DNA from: Octopus sinensis
Lineage: Eukaryota
Length of the DNA stretch: 64,000 nucleotides
Reading direction: 5' to 3'
Assembly (NCBI RefSeq): GCF_006345805.1
Contig: NC_042998.1
Location: forward strand, 86,118,001 to 86,182,000
A program made the position numbers and the translations under genes. Positions 37,695 through 48,521 of the stretch are shown piece after piece. The notes beneath the pieces are model-generated. The model searched no databases. It was not told where the DNA came from and was given only the letters and a program-made list of their open reading frames with translations. How positions within the stretch are numbered: the first letter of the stretch is position 1; each line of letters opens with the position of its first letter.

Positions 37695-38169
37695 GGCAGG
37701 GCTGGCCTGCTAGGTAGCCGGCCGAATGCTAGAAAGAGATCATCAACGATCAAACTACAAGGGAAATTCTCAACCGCAGTGAATTATTCACTGCAGTCCT
37801 TCGCTTCAGGAATTTCTTAGCACGCCAGAGCCAAGACATTTGAAATTTTATCCCCGATGTAAATGGCAAAACTATGCACGTGTCTGTCTTGACACAGAGA
37901 GCTGGGGTTAGTTTTGCTTTTTGCATCTCGATGACCGAATGTACTGATGAAGTCACGGACATTTGAATTATGTAAGTAATTCTTTTGTTAAAGACCGAAA
38001 CCGAGGTATGCATTTAAGTCTGTTTTTTATTTAAATTTTCATATGTCCTGCCCGCCAAATTTGGTTCTGGTGTTCGCTGAATTCTTCCTCTAGAGAATTT
38101 CCCTTGTAGTTTGATCGTTGATGATCTTTTTCTAGCATTCGGCCGGCTACCTAGTAGGCCAGCCCTGCC
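37695..38169 (+). mobile_element. 475-bp non-coding element with 77-bp terminal inverted repeats, in (TA)n
   Basis: 37695-37771 and 38093-38169 are reverse complements with 2 mismatches by eye. CpG-rich relative to the flanks. Confidence 0.9.
37938..38014 (+). ncRNA. Type I hammerhead ribozyme motif
   Basis: Stem I AATGTA/TGCATT, core CTGATGA, stem II GTC/GAC, GAAA, stem III ACC-ga-GGT, cleavage triplet GTA (38006-38008). Confidence 0.7.
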
Positions 38170-38276
38170 TATATACACATATATTAGAATTTTCTCTGAC
38201 TTCTCAAATTTTTTGAATGCTGGACTACTGGTTTTAAATTGATATTAAAATTAATATTAATTTATCTCCCTCATTA

Positions 38277-38319
<43 letters not shown>

Positions 38320-38559
38320 ATTTAATAAAGTTACAACATGGTCTAGTTTTCATGTTTTTTATTATTGTATTTTTAAAAAGTTCTTTTTACAATGTTGAAA
38401 TGTGTTAAGCATTAAAAAATGACAGTTGAGTTGAGTGCTTGACAATTGTAGTAAAATGACTGGCTTCTTACTTTTTATACCTTCTAGAAGGCTCCAACAA
38501 GCTGAATTTTTGGAATATGGTTTTGACCAATCAGCATGCCACTTAAATGTCATGGTATG

Positions 38560-39445
38560 CCAGACACACCGATATTACTAGCATAGATCCCACTTTTATT
38601 TTTACCAATTAGCTTGTGGTTTACATGTAATGGCTTCACAAGTGAGCAAACTTAGCTGATTTTGATTGTTTTTATATAAGTTGGTGGGAGTCTTCTGTAA
38701 TTTGTTTATATTCATATGTTAAAGATATTTTTTAATCCACATCACTAACTGGTTGTTATATTATTGTTGTTATTTCTGTTCAGAACAGGTTTGAACATTT
38801 TAGTAAAATGTTTTACCTTTTATCTTCTTCCAATCTCACTTCTGTTGTGTAGTTTGTGGAAAGAAAAAAATTAGAAGCATTTTCTGACCATATATTTTTA
38901 TATGTTCGCTGGAATTTGGTGAACATTAGTGTTATGGATTTGTTGCCGTAGACTTGTGAACATTCTGATAATGCATTCTCTGTCTCACCAATATATAGTT
39001 CCTCGCTATTTAATGCACTAGATCAAATTTCTGCTTTTGCAGTTCATATCTGCATTTGTGAAAATCTGTCCATTTTTTGTTCAAATGGATTTACCAGTCT
39101 GCATGTATTAACACATTCCACATCTGTTATCATTACTCTTGGATTCTTTGAATGTTTTATCCTGTTTGTTCATGTTGAATTTTGCCTTTGTTAATTGTTT
39201 CTTTAGATTATGTGGTTGCCTTTTGCTTAAGATAAGTGTTTGATTAGTTATTATGTTTTTGCATTTTTCTCTTTGTTTCATGATTGGCAAATTTGTTTTG
39301 ATGCTGTTGAAAATGTTTCGGTGATGCAGATTGTGTGTTACTAGAAATGGTATTGTGTTCTGTTGATGGATTTTTCTTTCTCATTTTGCCTTATGTTATT
39401 CTTTAGGTAGCTCTTTCGCTCATAGTATGCTATTTTCTATAAGTA
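38560..39445 (-). mobile_element. Decayed Penelope-like (Neptune-type) RT-linker/GIY-YIG fragment
   Basis: Motifs: KRQPHNLKKQLTKAKF, RCGMC, YIGETE and a terminal FKPVLN. Confidence 0.7.
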
Positions 39446-39465
39446 TCTATCTATCTAGGTTGTCC

Positions 39466-39757
39466 CGAAAGAAAAGTTGGAAGTTGATTGGGACCTTTTT
39501 TGAAAAATTATAACTGGTGATGAAAGCTGGTGCTATGAAATTTGCATATGTGGAAGAGGTGAAGAAAAAACAATAGATGTGTGAAAAGGCATCACCTTGC
39601 AAGAGTTCCAGCACTGGTTCAAATAGTGAAAAATGTGCCTGGACCAATGCATTGCTTTAAATGGAGAATGCTTTGTAGGAAATAAAAGTGTAAACATATA
39701 AAACAATGTAAATATAATTATATTGCAAAATTCAGATTTCTTTTGGGTACCTCTTCG
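39466..39757 (+). mobile_element. 3' fragment of the internally deleted mariner family
   Basis: Same ITGDESWCY/FAYVEEVK junction and right TIR as 16415-17325. Confidence 0.8.
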
Positions 39758-40216
39758 TATGATTTAGTCAATTCATAGTTGGCTTTGTGAACTAGAGTTT
39801 TATCTTTGGTCGATTTGAGTTTAATTTGTCACACTATCAGAAATAATATGAAAAGAAGTCACATGGGATAAATAGTTGCACACATCCCTGAATTTAGGTA
39901 TATCTCTAGTGAATGGCTGAGCGCATCTCTCTTGGCCATTGCATCACAAAATTATGGCTTGATCCAAACAAGCCACTGATTACACAAAGCAGCACTGTTA
40001 CTACAAATGTCTGCAATATAATCCTGTCTTTATTAATTTTTTTGCCTTAGCATTACTGCTAAATTTTGCATATGAGAAATATTAATAAGGACATGTTAAA
40101 TTGAATGGGATATAGGTAATTTTTAACTGAATTCTGTCTGAAGCATTAATTAAAATAATTGAAATAAAGAAAAAGAAAAGAATACTTTTCTTTCAAACAT
40201 TTGCTTTATTTTTCAG

Positions 40217-40337
40217 ATTCTTGTTCATCCTTCTCTATTTCCAATGACAGTGGTGAAGTTAGAATTAAATCTGATAATCTTGACCGAGAAATCCTGTAAT
40301 TAATAAACTGGATGGTGTCTGTACTGTTGAAATAAAG
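40217..40337 (+). CDS. Cadherin exon with a 1-nt deletion: (D)SCSSFSISNDSGEVRIKSDNLDRE/NPVINKLDGVCTVEIK
   Basis: ttttttcag-type acceptor and gtattt donor, with the LDRE motif. As written it hits TAA at 40297-40299; adding one A at 40289-40291 restores both frame and phase. Confidence 0.88.
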
Positions 40338-40427
40338 GTATTTTCATTTATTTACCACTTGTTAATGTTTTTCACAGACAGAAAAATAAATTAACTTTTT
40401 GTTTGATTTTATCCATCTAGATATTAA

Positions 40428-40588
40428 TATTGGTTTTGAATTTTGGCACAAGGCCTGCAATTTCAAGGAAGGGGCTAAGTTGATTTCATCATCCCCAGTG
40501 CTCAACTGGTACTTATTTTATCAACCCTGAAAGGATGAAAAACAAAGTCAACTTTGGTGGAATTTGAACTCAGAACATAAAAACGGAA
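40428..40588 (-). mobile_element. tRNA-derived SINE (partial)
   Basis: Same core as 29078-29290. Confidence 0.75.
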
Positions 40589-41267
40589 GCATCTAGATAT
40601 TAATATTAATGAACAAACAGTCAATAGATAAAGAGAATCAGTTAAGCATTGGACACGGTGCTTTGCTGTATTTGGTTACAACCTTGTAGTTTTTGAGTTC
40701 AAATCCTGCCAGAGTCAACTACTTTGCATTTCATCCTTCCAGAGTTGAAAAAATAGGCACTAAACAAGTACTGGGGTGAATCTAATGATCTATATCTTCT
40801 TCAAAATCTTATAACCATGTACCTATGTAAGAAATCAATGTAAACCAGCAAATACTTCTAAATATTTTTCACTTATGTTGATTGACAACTAGTTAGAATC
40901 AAATTTAATAAAATTAATGTTTCATTTACCATGTCCTATCAGTTTAAAATACTAATGTCCATGTTTTACTATAGAGAAAACAAATTACTGTTTAAAATAA
41001 TTAAATTATTGTATACAGTGCTCAGGTGCACCACAACTTGTCAGAAAGTGCATATAAAGTACATGCAGTAATGTAGAAATGTCTGGAAAGCGAACAATGT
41101 ACATTTCTATCTACTTATTTTACCATACTGTTCTCGTTCAATTATTTATATTTTATAACTATCATTATCTAATAAATGGCAGTGTTGTAGTTATGCTAAA
41201 TAATCTCTATGCCGTGTGTATGCTGTTTGCGTGACAGTACTTCTCTTCAAATAGTGAATATTTGTTT

Positions 41268-44200
41268 ATCATCATCATCATTTAACATCTGTTGTTCATG
41301 GGTTGGATGGTTTGACTAGGGCTAGTAATCTGAGGGGCTGCACCAGACTCCAGTCTGATTTGGCATGATTTCCAGTTTGACAGATCACCAAGTTCTACTG
41401 TCTATTTTGGAATGTGTTTTTTTTTACAGCTGGATGCCATTCCTAATTCCAACCATTTCACAGAATGTAGTAGATGCTTTTCATGTGGCACCAGCACTGG
41501 CAAGGTCTCTTTTGGCTTAGTTTTTATGGTTGGATACCCATTCTAATGCCAACAACTTTACAGGGTGTAGTGGATGCTTTTTATGTGGCACCAGTACCAG
41601 CGAGGTCACCAAGTAACTTGTAAGACAAAGATCCTTTGAGACTGAGAAATACTGGAGAAGGCGGATTTGTGCCAGATAATGAAAGATTAGAGTATGCAGA
41701 AGGAAAGAAGCAGGTGTCTTGCTATAGAGGAGATACATGGTTGCTGCAGTTGGAAGGAGATAGTGTGAGAGAGAGAGAGAGAGAGGGAGTGTGTGATAAA
41801 AAATGAAAGAAAGTGAGAGTGGAAGAGAACGAGAGTGAGAGAGATGGTGGCAGTGTACCAGGGCATACTCTCAAGGTGCAGAGACGAGAATATAAATTGC
41901 ATGGTAGAGCATTGTTAAGGGTGCATGAGTAGGGAGTTCATATGAATGCAAAAACATGAGAGGGGAGAGAATGAAGTTACTGGTGAAACCTGGTTATACA
42001 TGGGGGTACCCAAAATAACCAGAAACACTCTCTGTAGCATAAGCCAATTGTAGTTTGGGATTCTGCCACTTGATGCAACCTTCAAACATCAATCTGTGGT
42101 GTCTGGGATCTTACTGTCACATGGTGCATCTTTGTTTTGTTGCGCATTTCCTCTGTTTGTTGTTTTTTGTGATGGCTGATATGAAGGAACAATGTGCTTC
42201 CATGAAATTCTTTTTATTTTTGGGGAAAACAGCACTGGAAACAGTTGTGATATTTCAGACAGTTTTCAAGGATGCTGCTATGAGAAAAACACAAGTTTGT
42301 GAGTGGTTTTCATGCTTTAGAAATGGTCACTTGTTGCTTGAATATCAACCTCATTCAGGGCAATCATTGACTTCTCAAACAAATGAAAACATCATGAAAA
42401 TTCATGAACTTATCTTGGAGGACCATCACCAAACAATTGACGAACTTGTTGATAAGCCTGGTGTGTCTTGGAGTTCCTGCCAATGAATTTTGAGCAAGGA
42501 ATTGCGAATGAAAAGAATTGCAGCAAAACTTGTGCTTTGCTTGCTCACAGAAAATCAATAGCAAACACAATTGAATGTATATCGTGAACTGAAAGAACAG
42601 TTGGAAGTTGATCCAGAATTTTTTTGAAGCTCATCACTGGTGATGAAATCTGGGGCTACAGAATTTGAAGATGTGGAAGGTGTGAAGAAAAAAATGACCA
42701 GCATTAAAAGGCATCACTTTGCAGGAGTTCCAACACTGCTTTGAACAGTGGAAAATGTGTCTAGACAGATGCATTGCTTCAAATGAAGAATACTTTGAAG
42801 GTGTTAAAAGTGTAAACATGTAAAAAAAACTAAGTGTATAAAATAATATTGCATTGCTGAAGTGGGTAGGTCTTCTCAAGAATCTCATATCACCAAACAT
42901 CTTGGTCCATTGTCATCTCCTCTGTGAAGCCCAACGTACTGACATCAGTTCTCTCCTTGTCTTACTGGGTCACCCTCTTCAACAGTTGCCATCAACTTTA
43001 AGTGATCAACTTTTCTTTATACAGCTATCTTCATTCAAACACATCACATGTCCAAACCAGTATACTCTTCTCTTTTGCATGTTGCATCTGATTACTCTTA
43101 TGCTCAACTTTTCTCTCTGACTATTTACACTTTGTCATACATGTACACTTATGCTGCATATCCATTAGAACATAAGAGCGTCATTCCTCTCTAGTCTATG
43201 CATGTCATCTTCATTCAGAACCCATGTCTCACTACCATGAAGTTGAGCTGTTTGTATTCAAGTATTATGTAATTTGCCTTTCCCTCTGAGAGAGAGTCCT
43301 TTTGTTGCTAACAGAGGTAATAGCTTTCTGAACTTCATCATATTCTTATTCTCGCAACAGTACTTTCAAAACATCCTCCACCACTGTTAATTTAGTCACA
43401 AAAGGAACAAAATCTCTCTACAACTTCAAGAGAGATTCCTGGGCATTTGAGAGAGTCTAATTCCCATGTCTCCTTAATGTTCATTGTTCCTGCATATCTG
43501 CCTCATACAAACACAACTTTTCTGTTAACCTCTCTGTGATTCTGCTTCACCTCTTATGTAAGCATCACTCGCACTGGATGCAATGAATGGAATTTCTTCC
43601 AACACCTTTCCTACATATTAAGTAGGGTTATTTACCAGATGGAAAGAGAGTCTTATCAACTTTCTTGCTAATAACAAGTCTTTGCCAGTTTAACTTTAAA
43701 GCCTTTTGATTTCATGTTGAGCTTCCATACCTGGAATTTCTTCACCAATTTTGATAGATTCAGCAACAAGAGCAAGGTCATCAGCATATAGTAGTTCCCA
43801 CAGGCAGCTAATTTTAAATTTCTGTGTCATGGCTTGGCGTACTATGATGAACAAGAGTGAACTGAGAACTGAACCCTAATGGACTCCTACTTGTACACTA
43901 CATTCGTCACTGACTCCCACCCTACATAAACATCTGTACATGGCATGTACAGCTCTAACAAGCCACTTATCTAATCCTAACTTCCTTAGAGACTACCAGA
44001 TAACAGAGTGAGGGACTCTGTCAAAAGCTTTCTCCAGGTTGACAAAAAGCAAGTACAATAGTTAACATTTGGCCAGATACTTCTCTTGCAGCTGTCTCAT
44101 GAGGAAGATGGTATCTGTGTTACTCTTCTCAGGCACACAAGACCTATTGCATCTCATCTATTCTAATTCTATTCCTAATCAATTGAGCCATAACCCTCTC

Positions 44201-44298
44201 TGTATGATACCTTTGTAGTTGTTTTTATTTAAGGCATCTCCTTTACTCTTGTAGCAGCTAACTATAGTACTACTACACCAATCATTGGGGATAACTTA
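41268..44298 (-). mobile_element. Decayed RTE LINE interrupted in its 3' UTR by a mariner
   Basis: NLEKAFDRVP, LYADD and a Cys-rich insert at 42900-44298. Tail at 41268. Confidence 0.75.
41999..42855 (+). mobile_element. Internally deleted mariner element
   Basis: Left TIR gggggtacccaaaataaccagaa. ORF 42055-42486 is a mariner HTH region, and the deletion junction is the same as in the other copies. Confidence 0.85.
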
Positions 44299-44584
44299 AT
44301 GGTCTCACTTTTGGAATGCTTCCACTAGTGGTTTGATTTGAGCAAAAAGAAGATATCTAAATTCGAAGGGGCATACATACTATGGAGTCTTCATGAATAT
44401 CATACAATTTAAAAATAAAAAAAAAAAAGAAAAAGAAAAAAGCCTGTAGAATTCATTATGAAACTATTTATAAAATAAGTTATTTGCATGAAATTTTTAT
44501 TCAGTCTCAGGTTTAAAATTGTTGGCCAATATTTTCATTGAAATAAATTAATTCATTATAGTGCTTTTCTCTTGTATTTTATAG

Positions 44585-44773
44585 GCTTATGAAGTAATAA
44601 ATAACCAAATAGGTGATAGTGTCACAAAAAACATCACAATATTTGTAGAAGATGTGAATGACAATGATCCCTTCTTCAATAAAAATTCTTTCACTGCAAA
44701 GGTCAATGAAAATACTACAAAGGATAATCCAGTAACAATAAATGAGATTATAACTGTAAAAGACGAGGATACG
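44585..44773 (+). CDS. Cadherin exon: AYEVINNQIGDSVTKNITIFVEDVNDNDPFFNKNSFTAKVNENTTKDNPVTINEIITVKDEDT
   Basis: ttttatag acceptor and gtactg donor. 189 nt, phase 0/0, with DVNDNDP and VKDED motifs. Confidence 0.93.
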
Positions 44774-45317
44774 GTACTGAATTTTTGCATTTCTCACATA
44801 TTTTATTCTTCTTCTTCCTATTGTATTTTTGTATTTTAATTTATGAATATTTTAATATTTTAATCTCTCATTTTTTAAATGGCATTTGTAGTTTAAATAG
44901 GAAAGTAAAATTTGTTTTTCTTATTGTTTGGTAGCCCTGTTAGATCAGAAATTGGGCAGTTGATGAATGTTACACTCCTGATATATACAATAATTAAGTC
45001 TGAATTAGAATTGTATAGTACACTGTTGAGTTGCAGTTTGTTGTACAAGTACAACATAACAGAAGAGACTTGCATTTATTTTGTTATCCATTTTCCTACA
45101 GTAAAATTGAAGGGTCTATTGGCAGCTGAAATGGAAACAAAATAAGGGGACTATTCACAACAATCTAAATTAGAATATACTAAAATTGCTGGCAATCCAG
45201 AGCTTTTTTTTAGATACGCTATTGAGATGAATCTGATGGAAGAAAGAAAGTTTCTCTCTGAGATCGTCTCTAGAAAGAAGGACTATAAACTATAAGTAAT
45301 ATTTCTTAAGGGACTAA

Positions 45318-45557
45318 GGCAGCAAGCTGACAGAATCGTTAGCATGCCATGCAAAATGCTTGGTGGCATTTTGTCCATCTTCATGTTCTGAGTTCAAATT
45401 CTGCTGAGGTCAACTTTGCTTTTCATCCATTTTTTTAGGTGTTGGTGGTAGTGGTGGGGCAATAAAATAAGTACCAGTTGGACACTGGGGTTGATGTAAC
45501 TGACTTAACCCCTCCTTCAAAATTGTTGGCCTTGTGCCAAAATTTGAAACCAATATT
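45318..45557 (+). mobile_element. tRNA-derived SINE, Meta-domain-like
   Basis: A/B-box head plus core; another degraded copy at 46381-46550. Confidence 0.78.
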
Positions 45558-46903
45558 TCTTGAGGGACTGGAACAGAGATAGAGAGAGGAAATGGTAGCA
45601 GTAAGAAATAGAGAAACGCTATCATGGGTTTCACTGAGTTTTAGCATTTCTGGCAAGTTTGGAAGGGTAGAATGGGTTACAACAGATTTACTTTATTTAA
45701 AATAGAACACATAAAGTACGAACTGCTAGAGTTACAAAAAGTTGTAGAGTTACAAAAATATCTCAAGATTCGAATAACTTGATAAGGAATTGGTTTAGCC
45801 AAGAGTTATGTATACTATACTATAATTTGATAAAAAAAATTTTAGTCTGCTATGATTTGCTAGGGCTAAAAACTAAATCTGTGAGTAGTCTATAAGTAGA
45901 TCTGATCTTCTAAGAGTTATAACAATTTTTAATGATTTTGCTACTCCACTATTTCTCCTGCAAAGGTCATGGGTGTTAATCCTCCTCCTTATAAAAAGAA
46001 GTGCAAATAATAAATAGCATAGATATCATTGTAAGAACAAAATATTAGTTTATAATGCAAATATCATTGAAATACGTGTAGGTTAATGTACATGTGTATT
46101 GAATTATAATGAAGTATAAGGGCCTGATATAGCTAAGGGGTCTGGACTATTGGCTATACAATTCTGAGTTGAAATTTACTGTTGTTTTTATGGTTGGCTC
46201 TTAACGCTTAAATGGTGAAGTACCACACTGAACATAAAGAATACATTCTTGCAATGATTAGAAACTACATACTACGTTATACTTTTTTAAAAAACTATTC
46301 CACAGAATCGAATTATACAGAGGAAACAACTCTTTCTACTTCAGTTTAATTTCTGTGATTGAATAAGAACCATTTTCATTTGAGCTGGCAGAATTGTGAG
46401 CATGCGAAATTCTTCGTGGTATTTCACCTACCATTACGTTCTGATTTGGCTTTGCATTTTGTCCTTTCAGGGTTGATTAATTAAGTACCAGTGAAACACT
46501 GGGGTCCATCTGATTTCAGGCCTTGTGCCTATATTAGAAAGGATTATTATTCACATGATAATTTTAAAGTCTCATTGTTCTATGAATTTTAACAAAGACA
46601 GAAATTTCCTAAGAAAATAACATTATATTAAATTGTTTAAAAGTTAATTTTAGGTCAACAATTTAGAATTTATAATCTTATTTACAAATTTGTCCAAGAA
46701 TTTATAAATTTTCTTTCTACCCTTCTACTAACATAATGAAGTACTTTTTCATGAACTACCTCTGCTGCTGATGTAAAAAGGAAAAAATAAATAAGATCAT
46801 TAGTCTTTGCGATATGTTGTGATTATATTTGGGTATTTCTGATTATTGATATATCAACAATACATGCTTATTCAAGAGAGGGACATGCCTTTGTTTGTTT
46901 TAG

Positions 46904-47065
46904 GTGGAGTACAGTAAATTCAGTCTTAGCTTGAAAACTTTGGATGGTAAACCATTCTGCTCTTAAAGTTATTCCAGTAGAATCAGTAACAGAAACAAAT
47001 GTAGCTCTGAGTGTAATAATCCTGATGAACTTGATTATGAAAAGGAAACACAAATGACATTTAAG
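46904..47065 (+). CDS. Cadherin exon with compensating frameshifts: VEYSKFSLSLKTLDGKPF/SALKVIPVESVTETNVALSV/NNPDELDYEKETQMTFK
   Basis: tttgttttag acceptor and gtaggt donor, with the LDYE motif. In-frame TAA at 46964-46966; the middle segment is cadherin-like only in the shifted frame. Confidence 0.85.
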
Positions 47066-47199
47066 GTAGGTATGTTCTGAGTTTAATTTGAATGAATGTA
47101 ACTTGATATAAGCATGGGATGAAATTTAGTATTGTACAAATAAACTTCAAATCTGTTGCTATCCCCTTCATATTTTATACATTATCCTTTAACATAGCT

Positions 47200-47811
47200 T
47201 ATTAACGAAGTAACCACACGGTTAAGAGCGACGCTTGCGATGGTATGGTCATGTACTGCGGATGGATGAGGTGGGATGTGTGAAGAAGTGCCGCTCCCAA
47301 ACAGTTAAAGGTATCAGGAGGAGAGGTAGACCCAGGAAGACATGGGATGAGGTAGTCAAGCATGACCTCAGAGCGTTGGACCTCACTGAGGCAATGGCGA
47401 AGGACCGAGATCTCTGGAGATATGCTGTGACTGCAAAGACCCAGGCTGCTTCCTGCACCAGCTCCGCATAGCCCCTGTCCATTCAAAGTACCTTGGATTC
47501 CAGAACATCCTGCTGTGCTTGAGGAGACCTGTTAAGTCAAGTACATGAACATCGAATAAATATCAATGGAAATAATAGTAGTTGTGATACCTGTGCTGGT
47601 TGCAACATAAAAAGCCCATCCGAATGTGGCTGTTGCCAGTGGCCGCCTCGACTGGCTTCTGTGCCGGTGGCACATAAAAAGCACCATCGAACGTGGCTGA
47701 TGTCAGCGCCGCCACGCTGGATTCTTTGCCGGTGGCACGTTAAAAGCACCAACGATCGTGGCCAATGTTCAGACTCCCTGGCACCGGTGTGGTGGTGGCT
47801 GTAAAAAGCAC
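47200..47811 (+). mobile_element. RTE LINE 3' end running into the assembly gap
   Basis: RLRWYGHVLRMDE..RRRGRPRKTW, then UTR tandem repeats (GGTGGCAC.TAAAAAGCACC). Confidence 0.85.
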
Positions 47812-47911
47812 NNNNNNNNNNNNNNNNNNNNNNNNNNNNNNNNNNNNNNNNNNNNNNNNNNNNNNNNNNNNNNNNNNNNNNNNNNNNNNNNNNNNNNNNN
47901 NNNNNNNNNNN
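47812..47911. other. Assembly gap (100 N)
   Basis: Direct reading. Confidence 0.99.
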
Positions 47912-48480
47912 TAGAAACCCTGAAAAATCAGACTGGAACCTAGTGCAGCCCCACAGCTTACCAGTTTTCAGTCAAACCGTCCAACCCATACCAGCATGGA
48001 AAGCAGACGTTAAGCGATGATGATGATGAACAGTATATACCAAAGTGATGCTGGAGTACAAATATGGAAAAAGCAATATACTCATCATGACAACGCACCT
48101 GATAAGGGTACACCAATCATATGCATCACAACCAATTGTGTGGAACATGGTGACCTCATTTCACAAAAGACAGTACATGGTCTTGCAGATGGAACCCAGT
48201 TAGAATTTTCTTCAGATGAATTAGTCCATCCTGCACAAAAGTTCCTATATAAGGGTGGTCTAAGGATGACAAATAAAAACACCTTTGTTTCCAGGGGTGA
48301 ATTATTCAAGCCCCTAAAGAATCCCTCTCAAAACATGCTTATGATGCTCCCCCATTACTCCGCTTGTGATCAGAGATGCACATATCGTCAGCCACTATGG
48401 ACATGCTCACCTGATTTAGGTCAAACAACTAACAAGCAAATTTGTGGTTTTGAGCAGAATATCTGGTGTTGTTGTTGTTG

Positions 48481-48521
<41 letters not shown>

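Noticed and set aside
38650-38705. Hammerhead in the Neptune-like element's terminal region
   Set aside because: The core is too degenerate (CAGAAGA...CAAAA) to call.
45318-45410. tRNA gene
   Set aside because: The A/B boxes belong to SINE heads; no intact cloverleaf is evident.
46964-46966. Rescue of cadherin stop codons by cephalopod A-to-I editing
   Set aside because: The defects are frameshifts, and read-through in frame 0 gives a non-cadherin-like middle segment.
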